Source: a virus
Reading direction: 5' to 3' (one strand)
DNA length: 64,000 bases
IMG/VR virus record: IMGVR_UViG_3300045988_184219
Part shown: positions 48,425 through 58,986 of the stretch, piece by piece
Layout of the letters: each line of letters starts with the position of its first letter
Position numbering within the stretch: the stretch's first letter is position 1
Notes under the pieces: generated by a model
The model's database searches: none
The model's input: only the letters and a program-made list of their open reading frames with translations
Told to the model about the DNA's origin: nothing
Made by a program: the position numbers and the translations under genes

Positions 48425-49045
48425 TCAATCATCAACAATCTCTCCATCCTCGCAACACATAACGTTGCGCTCAACAAGGTACGCGTGTATGGTAGCACGG
48501 TAGTACGAATCGAGCACAAAATCCTCAGAAACCTTCTGTGCGATGACATCAATCTTTCTAGCATATCCCGTCAGGATATTCTGTATCTCTGCGATTGTTT
48601 CGTCCTCCAACCCAGCACATGCTTCAACCTTAGCGATACACACACCACCGATTGCGCGGATTGTAACAGACCGAATGAGTTTGAGTTCGAATTCGTTGCG
48701 AACTCCCAAAAAGCGAAACTGCGAAAGAAAGTTCACAATCGCATCCTCTTGGTCTATTGAGATTGCGAGGGAAGAAATGACATGCGGGATATTATATCGG
48801 TCAAACTCCTCAAAAAGCACCTTAGATCGCACGAAAGACTCATTGATGGAACAACGAGAAACGATTGCGTTTGCGACGCATTCAGCCGCATTTTTGAGTT
48901 GTTCTTGTAGGTAGTCCAGACTCTCGCGCAAATTGTACTGCGCCATAATTTGTGCATCCTCCGATAGTTGTGTGTAGGGCACGATAACATCGTCCTCGGG
49001 CATCCAGTTTTCGTCGTCTGTGTATTTGTCTGTCATACCTATCAT
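48425..49045 (-). CDS. paralog family C protein (206 aa)
   Basis: N-term YTQLSEDAQIMAQYNL, C-term YLVERNVMCCEDGEIVDD. Confidence 0.65.
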   Translation of the reverse strand: MIGMTDKYTDDENWMPEDDVIVPYTQLSEDAQIMAQYNLRESLDYLQEQLKNAAECVANAIVSRCSINESFVRSKVLFEEFDRYNIPHVISSLAISIDQEDAIVNFLSQFRFLGVRNEFELKLIRSVTIRAIGGVCIAKVEACAGLEDETIAEIQNILTGYARKIDVIAQKVSEDFVLDSYYRATIHAYLVERNVMCCEDGEIVDD

Positions 49046-49116
49046 CCTTTCTTGTTATAGCAAAGAGATTGTTTGCTTTATTGTATAACATTTTGGCAGT
49101 AGAAACTTGCTTTTTA

Positions 49117-49180
49117 GATAGACCAAAGGAAAAACGGCACAAATCGTGAGGTTTTCTCCTCAACGATATGTGCCGTTCTT
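49117..49180 (-). terminator. representative cassette terminator: GATAGACCAAAGGAAAA + hairpin AACGGCAC(A)...GTGCCGTT + T-tract
   Basis: 8-bp outer stem with an inner CGTGAGG/CCTCA(A)CG stem; on the minus transcript the hairpin is followed by UUUUUCCUUUGGUCUAUC. Confidence 0.55.
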
Positions 49181-49238
49181 GTGTTGTGTGGTTGGATTGG
49201 ACGGGATGTTGGGGCAGGTGGTTTGTTTTTCGTGATCT

Positions 49239-49514
49239 TCAGTCTTTGTACCAAACATCGTCATATAGCATCTCGATGTTTGCATAGTCCATATATCTAT
49301 TGAGGGCGCAAATACCGCGACTCCGCACAACCTCACGAGCGTAATCATCGTCCACAAGCAGACCGACCCGATCTCTGTGATCGAGAATCTGACAAAGAGC
49401 ATCGTCAAAAACATCGCCAGAATCGTCTGCGCGTACGTCCGAGAAAGCGTATGCGATGCGCTCCTCACCGTGGATTTTGTGTTCCAATGGGAAGATTTTT
49501 ACAAGATAAATCAT
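49239..49514 (-). CDS. paralog family A protein (91 aa; start at MIYLVKIFPLEH)
   Basis: SD AAAAGGAAAGG before ATG 49514. Confidence 0.6.
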   Translation of the reverse strand: MIYLVKIFPLEHKIHGEERIAYAFSDVRADDSGDVFDDALCQILDHRDRVGLLVDDDYAREVVRSRGICALNRYMDYANIEMLYDDVWYKD

Positions 49515-49659
49515 TTTTCTCAACCTTTCCTTTTCTGCGTTAATCAACTCACTTGATATGTTTATTATATAACACTTTCGCCCATAATAAAGAGAAAATC
49601 GGCACATATCGTAAGTTTTTTCCTTTAACAATACGTGCCAACCTAGACCGTTTCCTTGG

Positions 49660-50028
49660 TCAACGCTCCATAATCTTTATTGATGTTGTCAGAATTTCTT
49701 CGAGAAATGCAAACTCGTTGTATGCGTCCACAAATGTTCCTACGACACCAATATCGACCTCATCCTCTGCTCGCGACCAAAGGAAGTTGAATAAATCTCG
49801 ACCATTCGGCACATCCGTCAAAGAGGAAGCCAAAAAGACGGCGTTCTGAACCTCCTCGTTCAACGCGTCTGCCGCCTCTTGAAATCGCGCCTCAGCAACA
49901 TCGAACTTATGCCCATTCAAATCATAATAATCGCGACCTTCATTGAGAGCGGTCATTCGCTTTTCGCAAGACTCAAGAAAATCCACATCAACAACTCCAC
50001 GCATTTGTAATCCAACCTTTCTTAACAA
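49660..50028 (-). CDS. hypothetical acidic protein (122 aa)
   Basis: SD AAGAAAGGTTGG before ATG. Confidence 0.55.
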   Translation of the reverse strand: MLRKVGLQMRGVVDVDFLESCEKRMTALNEGRDYYDLNGHKFDVAEARFQEAADALNEEVQNAVFLASSLTDVPNGRDLFNFLWSRAEDEVDIGVVGTFVDAYNEFAFLEEILTTSIKIMER

Positions 50029-50183
50029 CCATTAACAATAAATCTTACCAGATTTATTATATAACTTTTTATCAACGCAAGAGAGAAAAACGGCACGCAC
50101 AGCAAGTTTTCTTTTTCGACAATGTGTGCCTCCACCCGTGCTTTTTCTTTGGTCTATTCAACAGACATGCCAACGAAACCAGC

Positions 50184-50276
50184 CCTTCAGAACGCCTTGT
50201 CGCAAACATCGACATCATATTTGTCGAGGATGTCGCAGTAGCGGCGCTCATAATTGCAAAGGATGTCATATTTCAT
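50184..50276 (-). CDS. possible small Cys-rich peptide (30 aa, MKYDILCNYERRYCDILDKYDVDVCDKAF)
   Basis: Strong SD GGAGGAAAGACT before ATG 50276; 4 Cys; below ORF-track cutoff. Confidence 0.3.
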
Positions 50277-50299
50277 AGTCTTTCCTCCCTCTACGAGCC

Positions 50300-50680
50300 T
50301 TAATAGTTCTCCACCACCAACCTTAACACGGATGACGGGATGTCCTTCGTGTAGATGAACGAGTAAATATCTTCGCTACCATCAAAAACAATATTTGGAT
50401 CAGCTTGAAGAATACTTTTGTCAATAGCATCCACATCCACCTCAAACACACAGATTCCACTCTCAAGCACACACTCGTCCACAAGATCAGCACACTCCGC
50501 AAACGAACCCGCTACGTCAACATCATCAGCGAGATAGATAACGCCACAACAATCCATCCCATTCCAATTCGGATTTCTACCAGTTTTCAGACCTTCCGAA
50601 AGGATGGAGTTTTTGTATACATCGTAGGAGGCGTGATAGAGCTTTTTGATGTGGGAAGGGAGGAAGGACTTTATAGACAT
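50300..50680 (-). CDS. hypothetical protein (126 aa), N-terminus weakly reminiscent of DarT/ART-like LYH[AF][ST]..N..SIL..GL
   Basis: KLYHASYDVYKNSILSEGLKTG; SD AAGAAGGGAATAATCC. Confidence 0.5.
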   Translation of the reverse strand: MSIKSFLPSHIKKLYHASYDVYKNSILSEGLKTGRNPNWNGMDCCGVIYLADDVDVAGSFAECADLVDECVLESGICVFEVDVDAIDKSILQADPNIVFDGSEDIYSFIYTKDIPSSVLRLVVENY

Positions 50681-50974
50681 TGGATTATTCCCTTCTTATG
50701 GGTGGTGGAGTATTTCGATAGATTTATTATATAACTTTTTAGAATCGCAGGTGGGTAATTCAGATTTAATTGGCGCAGATTTCCTCTGAAAGTCATTGTT
50801 TTCCTTTGGGCTATAAAAAGCAAAAGCGACACGCCGTCGTCCAAAAGCGTGTCGCCCGAAAGGAGTGTGCAAAACTAGAGTTAGTTCAGCGCAAATCAAT
50901 TATAACAAATTTTAAGAGCAGAAAACTCAAAAAGAGAAGATGGAAAATCCACCTTCTCCTTTTTTTAGACGAGA

Positions 50975-51352
50975 TTAACTCAAATGGAATCCGTTCTTCT
51001 CGTCATCCTTATAGAGCGAAAGAAGAATCGCCGCATCACGCGACTGGCGCTTAATAAGGCTCTTAATGTACGACGCGTCTTTGTACTCGTAGTCAAAGAA
51101 CTCATCGAAACACGCCCAACACGCACCCCTAAGACCAACAGACTCAATCCAAGCGTTGATTCCAAGCTCAACCATCTCGGGGATAGAATCCATTCCCTCA
51201 TCCAGACGGTCGGCTTCAATCGCCTCAGCCGCCATCCCGCGCACCACATCCAAAAGGGAGTAGCCGTGGGACATCAACCAGTCGAGCTGATAGAGCTCAT
51301 AGATTCGCTGACGAACCTGTTCGATTGTTTTGTAATGCGCTTTACTGTTCAT
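50975..51352 (-). CDS. hypothetical protein (125 aa; start at MNSKAHYK)
   Basis: SD AGGAGAAAAATAAAA before ATG 51352. Confidence 0.55.
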   Translation of the reverse strand: MNSKAHYKTIEQVRQRIYELYQLDWLMSHGYSLLDVVRGMAAEAIEADRLDEGMDSIPEMVELGINAWIESVGLRGACWACFDEFFDYEYKDASYIKSLIKRQSRDAAILLSLYKDDEKNGFHLS

Positions 51353-51369
51353 TTTTATTTTTCTCCTAA

Positions 51370-51792
51370 TCAAATATCATAGAATGCAAACTCACGCCGC
51401 ACATACGGAGCGGCTTCGTAGGGGAGCATATTGTCAAGCTCGCCGATTCCTCCATAGTCTACACGATTCTCGAAAGTTTCCTGATCTTCTATGTCATCCA
51501 ATCCAAGAACTGTAATTTTGTAGGGGCGCAGACCATCGTCGTATTCGTTCTCTTTGTCGCCGTTCAGGAAGCGCATCAGAATGCCAGCCCACGCATCTTC
51601 GGATTCAGGACGCCAATAACATTCGTCGCGAAATAGAGTAACAGTCTTAACCCCTCGAACATCCGATGGCGACTCAGAATCGAAATTGAACTCCCCCTGC
51701 GTGTATTCGTCCTTGATGGTTTTCACGAATTCGCGAAGCTCATCCAAGTCTTTCTGTAACATAGTGATAGCGACATTACAACGATAACCCAT
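51370..51792 (-). CDS. hypothetical protein (140 aa; start at MGYRCNVAI)
   Basis: SD AAAGAAAGGTTGG before ATG 51792; operon with 50975..51352. Confidence 0.55.
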   Translation of the reverse strand: MGYRCNVAITMLQKDLDELREFVKTIKDEYTQGEFNFDSESPSDVRGVKTVTLFRDECYWRPESEDAWAGILMRFLNGDKENEYDDGLRPYKITVLGLDDIEDQETFENRVDYGGIGELDNMLPYEAAPYVRREFAFYDI

Positions 51793-51970
51793 TTTACAAC
51801 CAACCTTTCTTTTTAACAAATTTTTATTGGTCAACCCTGACCGTATTTTTATTATATAACTTTTTATTGTAACGGCAGGGAATTTTCGGGATAGACCAAA
51901 GAAAAAATAAACGGCATATCTGATAGTTTTTATACTATCAGACACGCCGTTGTTTTCCTATTGGAGAATC

Positions 51971-52297
51971 TTAAGCCAGACAAGCCTCGTTAATAAATCT
52001 TGAGAGAATATTCCATCGAGTAAAGCTATCACGAGGATAACCATTATCGACAGCATCTTTCGCCTCACGCTCATATTTATCTACGAGTTCTCGTGGCACA
52101 CTCTTCCCAAAAGGACGAACGCCACAAACGATAGCCACACCATCCATAGAATAAACGTGAGCATTTACACCATAGACTCCTTCTGTGTGAGCCCACTCAT
52201 CCAAACAGGAAAGCAAATTTGCTCCCTGCCCAGAAAGCAACCGAAGGGTTGCTCCATGTGTAGACATAACCGCTTTCTTTGTCATTTTAACCGACAT
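51971..52297 (-). CDS. hypothetical protein (108 aa; start at MSVKMTKK)
   Basis: SD AGGAGGATTTCAA before ATG 52297. Confidence 0.55.
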   Translation of the reverse strand: MSVKMTKKAVMSTHGATLRLLSGQGANLLSCLDEWAHTEGVYGVNAHVYSMDGVAIVCGVRPFGKSVPRELVDKYEREAKDAVDNGYPRDSFTRWNILSRFINEACLA

Positions 52298-52459
52298 TTG
52301 AAATCCTCCTGTTCTCAAAAACAACAAAACTCTTTTTCTATTATAAGTATTTTCTCTTTCTCCATCAACACAAACCAACAACCATCCACACACTTTCTCA
52401 AAAAAAAAGAAAAGACCATTAAAAGCAATAACTTCCTTTGGTCTATCAACAATTTCAAC

Positions 52460-54193
52460 TCAAAACAACACATTGTTGTCAGAAACGAAATCTTCTTTCT
52501 TCTTCCCACCATTCCCTTTCTTCTTCGTTCTCACAGCCCCCAACGCAGGAGAAAGGAACTCTACCATCTTATCCAGAATCTTATCGCCTTGCTCCACATC
52601 AACACCTTCAATCGCCTCTTTGGTCGCTCCCGATTTAATATCAATCAACGCGGCAATCTCAACATCAATCGTATCTTTTGCGAGTAAGTACCACACATTA
52701 ACCGCATTACGTTGTCCAATACGGTATACACGATCTTCTGCCTGTTGCATATCAGCGGGGGTCCAGCCAAGCTCCAAAAACGCCACATTAGATGCCGCCG
52801 TAAGCGTAATTCCAGTAGAAGCAGCCTTTAGACCAAGAACCGCAAGCCTTACGTTCTCATCGTTTTGGAACTTCTCAACCACTCGTTGACGCTCCTCAGC
52901 GGAGGTTTCACCGGTGATGGACACAGCATCAGGGAACGCTTCGCAAAGCGATTCAATGACCTCAAGATGTGTCGCAAAGACAACGAGTTTTTCTCCACTT
53001 TCGAGAAACGTCGAAACCCACTCTTTCGCATCATCGAGCTTCTGCTTCGCGACGAGATTTTTTAAGACCTCAATCCGTACAAGCATCTCAGCCTTCATCG
53101 ACTTCTTAATCTCACGCTCGTCCTTTTGGAGATTCTCGCGGAGATAATCTTCAAGCTGTTTCTTTGCCTTCTCGTATTCTTTCATTTGAGGTTTTGTGAG
53201 TTCAAAGAACACCTGCGAGCGTGTTTTGTCAGGAAGGTCTTGAAGGACGGCTTTCTTGTCATGACGGATGTAACATAGCTCACGAAGCCGCGTGTTGAGT
53301 TCTTTGAGGTTCGCACTTCCAGAGATGTCCCATCCCCACGGCTTACGCTTTTTCGCACAATAACGATCGGTAAACCGATTCCACCCACCAAACTCATCGA
53401 ATCGAGAGATAACACGAAGCTGTTCAATGAGTTCTGCGGGACGGGAAAGGAGGGGTGTGCCTGAGAGGAGGAGAACGTAGTCGATTTCTTTGGCAAACGC
53501 CTTAACAATTTTAGTGCGTTTAGCGGTTCCGTTTTTGACATAGTGCGATTCGTCCAAAATCATAAAGCGGAACTTGATTTCGACAAGGTTCTTCGAGAGC
53601 TTCGTAAAAAGATCGTATGTAAGGACGACAACATCTGCGTTCACCGCATCGTTGACACTCTTTGCGTCCTTAATCACAACCACACGCACATCGTTCGGAA
53701 GCCACCTTTCCGCCTCTACCGCCCAATTATACTTAACAACCGCAGGGCAGATAATAATGGCAGGATAGTGCTGTGTCGCGTGGAGTGTTGCAAGAGCCTG
53801 TACCGTTTTACCGAGTCCCATCTCGTCGGCGAAAAAGAGGTGCTTCTTTTCGAGCGCATACGCAACAGACTCTCTCTGGAAGGGCATAAGTGTGCCATTG
53901 AGTGTGTCAAGGCGTTCCATCATTTTATTGATAGACGCGTTAGAGATTTTTGCTCGTTTTTCGGGTTTATCGAGCGTACGGGATTTGTTTATGTATTTCG
54001 AGAGTCCGAACTGTTTGTATGCGGTAGGAAAGACTTTTTTAATATTTTCTAGGACGGTGAGGGAGAACTCGTACTGCCAGCACTTGAGGTCGGGATTCCA
54101 ACGGCGTGTCGGGATGGACTTACAAGCGTCTTTATCAACATACTCCCCGTAGATACGGATTCCGAGTTTTGTAACTTCGATGTTTTTTATCAT
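52460..54193 (-). CDS. SNF2-family DNA/RNA helicase (577 aa)
   Basis: Motif I DEMGLGKT, motif II DESHYVKN, LLSGTP, helicase-C block GITLTAASNVAFLELGWTPADMQQAEDRVYRIGQ. Confidence 0.85.
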   Translation of the reverse strand: MIKNIEVTKLGIRIYGEYVDKDACKSIPTRRWNPDLKCWQYEFSLTVLENIKKVFPTAYKQFGLSKYINKSRTLDKPEKRAKISNASINKMMERLDTLNGTLMPFQRESVAYALEKKHLFFADEMGLGKTVQALATLHATQHYPAIIICPAVVKYNWAVEAERWLPNDVRVVVIKDAKSVNDAVNADVVVLTYDLFTKLSKNLVEIKFRFMILDESHYVKNGTAKRTKIVKAFAKEIDYVLLLSGTPLLSRPAELIEQLRVISRFDEFGGWNRFTDRYCAKKRKPWGWDISGSANLKELNTRLRELCYIRHDKKAVLQDLPDKTRSQVFFELTKPQMKEYEKAKKQLEDYLRENLQKDEREIKKSMKAEMLVRIEVLKNLVAKQKLDDAKEWVSTFLESGEKLVVFATHLEVIESLCEAFPDAVSITGETSAEERQRVVEKFQNDENVRLAVLGLKAASTGITLTAASNVAFLELGWTPADMQQAEDRVYRIGQRNAVNVWYLLAKDTIDVEIAALIDIKSGATKEAIEGVDVEQGDKILDKMVEFLSPALGAVRTKKKGNGGKKKEDFVSDNNVLF

Positions 54194-54452
54194 GTGGAGA
54201 ACGGGTCCCCTTTCTATTTTAATTGATGTATTTATTATATAACTTTTTTCGTCGTTTCGTTAAAATTTCTTGATATGCCAAAGAAAAAGGTTGGCGAGGA
54301 GGCGTTCTGTTTCAAGAGTGATTGGATGGCGGTGAGGAAGATTTTCCTTTGGTCTATCAAAAAACAAAAAAGAAAATGCGCCAAGTTGTCCCAAGCGCAC
54401 AATTTTGTCCAATACTCTGTCCTATTTATCCTAGGAAAGAACTATATATGTC

Positions 54453-55064
54453 CTACACACCCATCCCTACGTTTCGTTTCAGTTCGTCCACATTCGACAA
54501 CAGTTTTCCAAACCGCTTTTCAGCACTCTCATCATCATTCATAGCGAGATCGAGAGATAAGTCGCAAGCGTAGACTTTAACACCTTGCAGAAGTTCAAAA
54601 TTCTCATCATACTTTTGTCCGAATGACAACGGTTTCGATCTCCACAAAAACTCATCTTCTTTGAGTTCCCCATAATGGATAGCAAGGGCGACAACTTTGC
54701 AAAAACGGTCAACAACCCGTGAGAGAAACACATTATATTGAGCTTCGAGAGTCTTTCGTTTTAGCCCCATCAGATCAAAGCGAGAAAAATGATTGATGCA
54801 ATTCCCTCGAAGCTTTTTGGAATCGTGCACAAAAGAAAGCTCTACATGATTATCCCTTTTACAATGGAAAACCTCAACAGAGCGGTCTTTAGAACAATTT
54901 CCGACAAGAATGATTTTTCCATAAGATTTAAGTTGATTTCCGACGTAACCGTCATATGTAATAACGCTATTTTCAATAAGCTCATTGAGTTTATTAGGCG
55001 TAAACGTACTTTCAAGAGAGACTTTTTGTCCCATAAGTGAGCCAGCAATTTCTTTTGTTCGCAT
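54453..55064 (-). CDS. hypothetical protein (203 aa)
   Basis: SD GGAGGAACTTGTAA before ATG 55064. Confidence 0.55.
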   Translation of the reverse strand: MRTKEIAGSLMGQKVSLESTFTPNKLNELIENSVITYDGYVGNQLKSYGKIILVGNCSKDRSVEVFHCKRDNHVELSFVHDSKKLRGNCINHFSRFDLMGLKRKTLEAQYNVFLSRVVDRFCKVVALAIHYGELKEDEFLWRSKPLSFGQKYDENFELLQGVKVYACDLSLDLAMNDDESAEKRFGKLLSNVDELKRNVGMGV

Positions 55065-55215
55065 TTACAAGTTCCTCCATTTTCGCGCTGACAGAATATT
55101 TGAAAAGGCGTGTGTTTTTAACACAAAGATATTGTAAAAGAAGGAGGAGCGAAAGGTCAAACTTAACCAAAAAGAAAAAGCCAACGAAAATCGTTGACTT
55201 TGTTAATGTGTCGAT

Positions 55216-55638
55216 TTAATATGTCGCTCCAAACTCCTCAGCCAATATCTCAACCAAAGAAGTATCCTTTCGTGGCTTTCCGCTAAGTTGTCCTACAACC
55301 AAAACAGATTCATACCGCGCACCACGCTTACCACGAAACTCCTGCTCAACCTTACCGTGAGAACGCGAATCAGACCACACCTTGTCACCGTACCAGCACC
55401 CACGTAGAGCTCGATAACAGGCGGGATAAGCCTGAGAGTCCCAAAGGACAGTGGCGAGCCAGATTGTGCCAGACGAGTAAACAATGACAACCGAGCCAGA
55501 TAAGATCGGATTACCACGCATATCTGTGTAGCCCGTGTCTACGCCGAGCTCACTCTCACGACGATCACGAGCCACATACTTTTCCTTCCGTACGCGTAGG
55601 TTACGGTACTTTTTGTTATCTGTACGACGCATCAACAA
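55216..55638 (-). CDS. hypothetical protein (140 aa)
   Basis: SD GAAAGGAAG before ATG; terminator AAGCCAACGAAAATCGTTGACTTT at 55185-55208. Confidence 0.55.
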   Translation of the reverse strand: MLMRRTDNKKYRNLRVRKEKYVARDRRESELGVDTGYTDMRGNPILSGSVVIVYSSGTIWLATVLWDSQAYPACYRALRGCWYGDKVWSDSRSHGKVEQEFRGKRGARYESVLVVGQLSGKPRKDTSLVEILAEEFGATY

Positions 55639-55896
55639 AACTTCCTTTCACATCAAGATGTTGGATGTATTTATTATATAATTTTTTCGAGAACTGGTTT
55701 TAAAAAAAAGAAAAAAACAATGAAAACCGTTGATCTTTTTGCAAATTTTTGTTCTAACCAACACTCATTTCGCTTTCAAGGTTTCAATCCGCACCCTCCA
55801 AATAAAGAGCGATAACAACATTCAGACTTGTCAAACATAAAACTAACAGAACTTAAAACAAAAGCGACAACCTAGAAAGGTCGCCGCCAATGTAAC

Positions 55897-56433
55897 TTAA
55901 CCGACAATAGATCCGTTTTCAGTGAAAACCGTATCGAACTCTTGGAAGTAGTCGATCACACATTCATCAGAGTACAACTCCTCAAACCACTTAGGCAAGA
56001 GCTCTGTGTTAAGTTTGTTGATGAAACTCTCAAAAACCGCAAAAACCCGTCTTTCGATTTCCTTTGTGTCGCCATTGTCACAACGCACAGAAATCTCTAC
56101 GCGCCCGTTCTCACGAAACTCGAACTCAATATCCCGAACATTAAGGCTCTTTCGCCAGTCACCGCCAACGAGATCATAAATCTCGCGGTAGTCACTTATA
56201 GACGTTGCACTCCCCTTGAGATGTCGAACGTGAACACGAGGAACACCACCAACAAACTCTGGTTCAGAGAGAGCGAAATCGAATAGACGACGTGAGATTG
56301 GAGACTCCTCAAACACTCGTTCACGTACCATATCGCGAGAGCGTCGGTAGTAGAAGCCACCAGCCTTCATATTGTCAAGAACACGACGTTGAATATCGGG
56401 TGAGAGTCCCGAAAACGAAACAAGATTTTCCAT
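55897..56433 (-). CDS. paralog family C protein (178 aa; start at MENLVSFSGLS)
   Basis: SD GGAGGATGTTTT before ATG 56433; C-term FQEFDTVFTENGSIVG. Confidence 0.65.
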   Translation of the reverse strand: MENLVSFSGLSPDIQRRVLDNMKAGGFYYRRSRDMVRERVFEESPISRRLFDFALSEPEFVGGVPRVHVRHLKGSATSISDYREIYDLVGGDWRKSLNVRDIEFEFRENGRVEISVRCDNGDTKEIERRVFAVFESFINKLNTELLPKWFEELYSDECVIDYFQEFDTVFTENGSIVG

Positions 56434-56548
56434 AAAACATCCTCCATTCAAAACCAAGAAAACAAATCTCTACAACGATTATACAACAAACCAACACATA
56501 GAAAAACAAAAACGGCGACTTTCCAATGCCGCCGTAATCGTTCACAAC

Positions 56549-57148
56549 TCAGATTTTGCAAACCCCACAAAATCCGTCCAACTCGGGCAAAACGAAGCAC
56601 ATCGGATTCCGCTCTGAAAGATAGGAGTCAACCTCACTATCATAGAACATCTTTCCTAAATACTCACGTCCTCGAAACGCCACATCCGAAAACATCTTCT
56701 GCGCAGGATCGGTCATCCAGTGGATAACGTCCTCAATATCCTCGTCGTCCAATCTCCACTCCCCACCACACTTAAACAGAATCTCCGTCATGGCATAGGA
56801 GAGATCAAAATCACCCATCAGGTCACGAGTGTCATCAGGAATCTTGTCCTCATCAGGCACAAGGGCATCCACAACCTGACGTGCCGCCACTTTGTTACCA
56901 ATCGTCACAACACGAAAATCAATAGAGATGTCGTGCGACACCCGACCATCTGCGAGAGTTGTCATATTGCGCCATGTGACATAGGCGTTCGTGCCGTTGC
57001 GTGGCATTCCCATCTTGCAGAGTTGTCGCTCGCAGTATTCGCGAGTCTTTTCAAGAGCGTAAGCGAGATAATTGGCGTTTCGCTTTGTGGCAGAGATGAC
57101 TTTCTGGCGAGAGATCATGCCAAGTTCGTTGTAGTTGTAGGTTTCCAT
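56549..57148 (-). CDS. paralog family C protein (199 aa)
   Basis: N-term YNYNELGMISRQKVISATK, C-term YLSERNPMCFVLPELDG. Confidence 0.6.
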   Translation of the reverse strand: METYNYNELGMISRQKVISATKRNANYLAYALEKTREYCERQLCKMGMPRNGTNAYVTWRNMTTLADGRVSHDISIDFRVVTIGNKVAARQVVDALVPDEDKIPDDTRDLMGDFDLSYAMTEILFKCGGEWRLDDEDIEDVIHWMTDPAQKMFSDVAFRGREYLGKMFYDSEVDSYLSERNPMCFVLPELDGFCGVCKI

Positions 57149-57324
57149 TTGAGTCCTTCCTTTCTGTGCGGGGAGAGTGCTTCGTTCAACTCATCTTGCA
57201 TATTTATTATATAACTTTTTAGATGAGCCCAAATGGAAAACGGAGCGGACGGGAGATTTTCTTTTTGCCGTCACGCCCCCGATCTCTCAGGACATCTCCT
57301 TTGGTTTATTCTCTTAACAACTCA

Positions 57325-57945
57325 CTAATTCCGCGCAGGAAGATCGTAGACAAGAGAACCATCCGCATCAAACAGATACCCCAATCCATCCTCGATCCAA
57401 GACATAATCGCACCATCCGTGTAGTATTCATCAATCATCTCAGATAGAGCCACATTTTCAGAGCGAACATACTTCTGCAACTCAACGAGAATATCCGTCT
57501 CAATTCGCCCGACCTCAATCTCGTCACCACCAAGAGCAACGACAGCGACCATTTCGCGGTTGTAATCCTGACCAACAACACCGACAATACTCGTCACATT
57601 GAGGTAATCATAGACAACATCCAAACCGAGCTCCTTTAGGAGATCCCACACAGAGTCGGGAGTATGTGCGGAAACAACCATTCTCTCAATGCGATAATTC
57701 GGAGTTCCATCGGGAGCATAACGATCAACCGATTCATCCATCGTACCGAGGCAGAGTGAGAAATCAACACCACAATCGGCAACAAGAAAGCCTTCTTTGA
57801 GGCGACGAACGAGATCGGGGTAGACGTAACCGTGGTAGAGGTACTTGTTCTTTCCACTGCGGAACGATTCAATGACCTCCCGCCGCACAGCGGGAGAGAG
57901 TACGCCGAACTTGATAGGGTTGGAGATGCGTTTGATTTCTGTCAT
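57325..57945 (-). CDS. paralog family C-like protein (206 aa; start at MTEIKRISN)
   Basis: SD AGAAAGGAAAATCAAC before ATG 57945; C-term WIEDGLGYLFDADGSLVYDL. Confidence 0.6.
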   Translation of the reverse strand: MTEIKRISNPIKFGVLSPAVRREVIESFRSGKNKYLYHGYVYPDLVRRLKEGFLVADCGVDFSLCLGTMDESVDRYAPDGTPNYRIERMVVSAHTPDSVWDLLKELGLDVVYDYLNVTSIVGVVGQDYNREMVAVVALGGDEIEVGRIETDILVELQKYVRSENVALSEMIDEYYTDGAIMSWIEDGLGYLFDADGSLVYDLPARN

Positions 57946-58073
57946 GTTGATTTTCCTTTCTGATGTCATTAACTAACTTTGTGTATTTATTATATAACTT
58001 TATTATGTTTTGTGTGGAGTGTTTTCGATAGACCAAAGGAAAAGCGCACCCAATTTGAGTGCGCCATTTTTCC

Positions 58074-58652
58074 TTAGTCGATGTCCTGCCCGTCCGACCA
58101 ATATAGGTCGTTCTTCCCAACCAGATAAGCGTCCACGGTGATGTCCCAGTACGCTTCCGAAAGAAGTTGGAGGACGTTGAGTCGAACCTTGGAACAGAGA
58201 ACATAGAGCGCGTCCCTTGCCCACATACCAGCTTTAAAGAAATCATCGTTTCCGATCTTTGCGTCCGTGTCAACATCACTGAAAACTCTGTCGTTGACGC
58301 AAACCGCGTTGATTTCCGCGAGTGTTTCGATAACACCGTCACAAATCGGATAGGTGGAGAGATTGCGAATTTTCCCGACGAACTTCTGAGTCGCCTCTTT
58401 ATTGTAGATTCCAAAATCCACACTCACAACCGCGCCGTACGGACGACCCTCCTTGTCCAGATCACCCTCCCAACCGACGTGGATCTCAACGTCGTTCTTA
58501 GTGAGTCCGAACTCATTGTAGAGCGTACTCTCTGCGTTCAGTCGCGCCGCTTCGATTGCGTGGGCGAGATAGGCGAGGCTTGCCTTTGTACGCGCCATAA
58601 CACGATCTTTTGCGACTGGGTGGAGGTCAACGTAGCACTCTTTTGTTTCCAT
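58074..58652 (-). CDS. paralog family C protein (192 aa)
   Basis: C-term YLVGKNDLYWSDGQDID; cassette block 58671-58707. Confidence 0.6.
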   Translation of the reverse strand: METKECYVDLHPVAKDRVMARTKASLAYLAHAIEAARLNAESTLYNEFGLTKNDVEIHVGWEGDLDKEGRPYGAVVSVDFGIYNKEATQKFVGKIRNLSTYPICDGVIETLAEINAVCVNDRVFSDVDTDAKIGNDDFFKAGMWARDALYVLCSKVRLNVLQLLSEAYWDITVDAYLVGKNDLYWSDGQDID

Positions 58653-58867
58653 AATTTTTCTTCCTTTCTTTTCAACAACTCTTGATGTATTTATTATATA
58701 ACTTTTCTTAGAAGGATGAGCGTATTTTCAGTAGGGAAAGTTTTTTTTGAAAAGAAATGTTGTCTGAGATGTGTCCTTTAGTCTATTCGCTCAAACCTTT
58801 CCGACAAAAGCGACTAATCCGACTCAGATTTCCGACTCATCCGACTTTCTCGACAAAACCGACTACT

Positions 58868-58896
58868 TGACGGGCAACCTTCCAGACTACATAATC
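58868..58896 (+). promoter_or_regulatory. sigma-70 promoter on + strand (TTGACG-17-CATAAT), antisense to gene 58987..59592
   Basis: Third copy of the CGACTACTTGAC...GACTACATAATCCAC module; conserved ~85-nt downstream region shared with 37395-37480. Confidence 0.5.
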
Positions 58897-58986
58897 CACA
58901 CACTCTCAGTCACACTTTTCCCTTGGTCTATCCACACAAAAACAGCGCACCCGCCACATAACGAGTACGCCGAATATCGCTCTAAA

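Noticed and set aside
50072-50269. 65-aa minus ORF across a cassette terminator
   Set aside because: It overlaps the hairpin and T-tract. The short 30-aa Cys-rich frame with a strong SD (50184..50276) is a better, though still weak, candidate.
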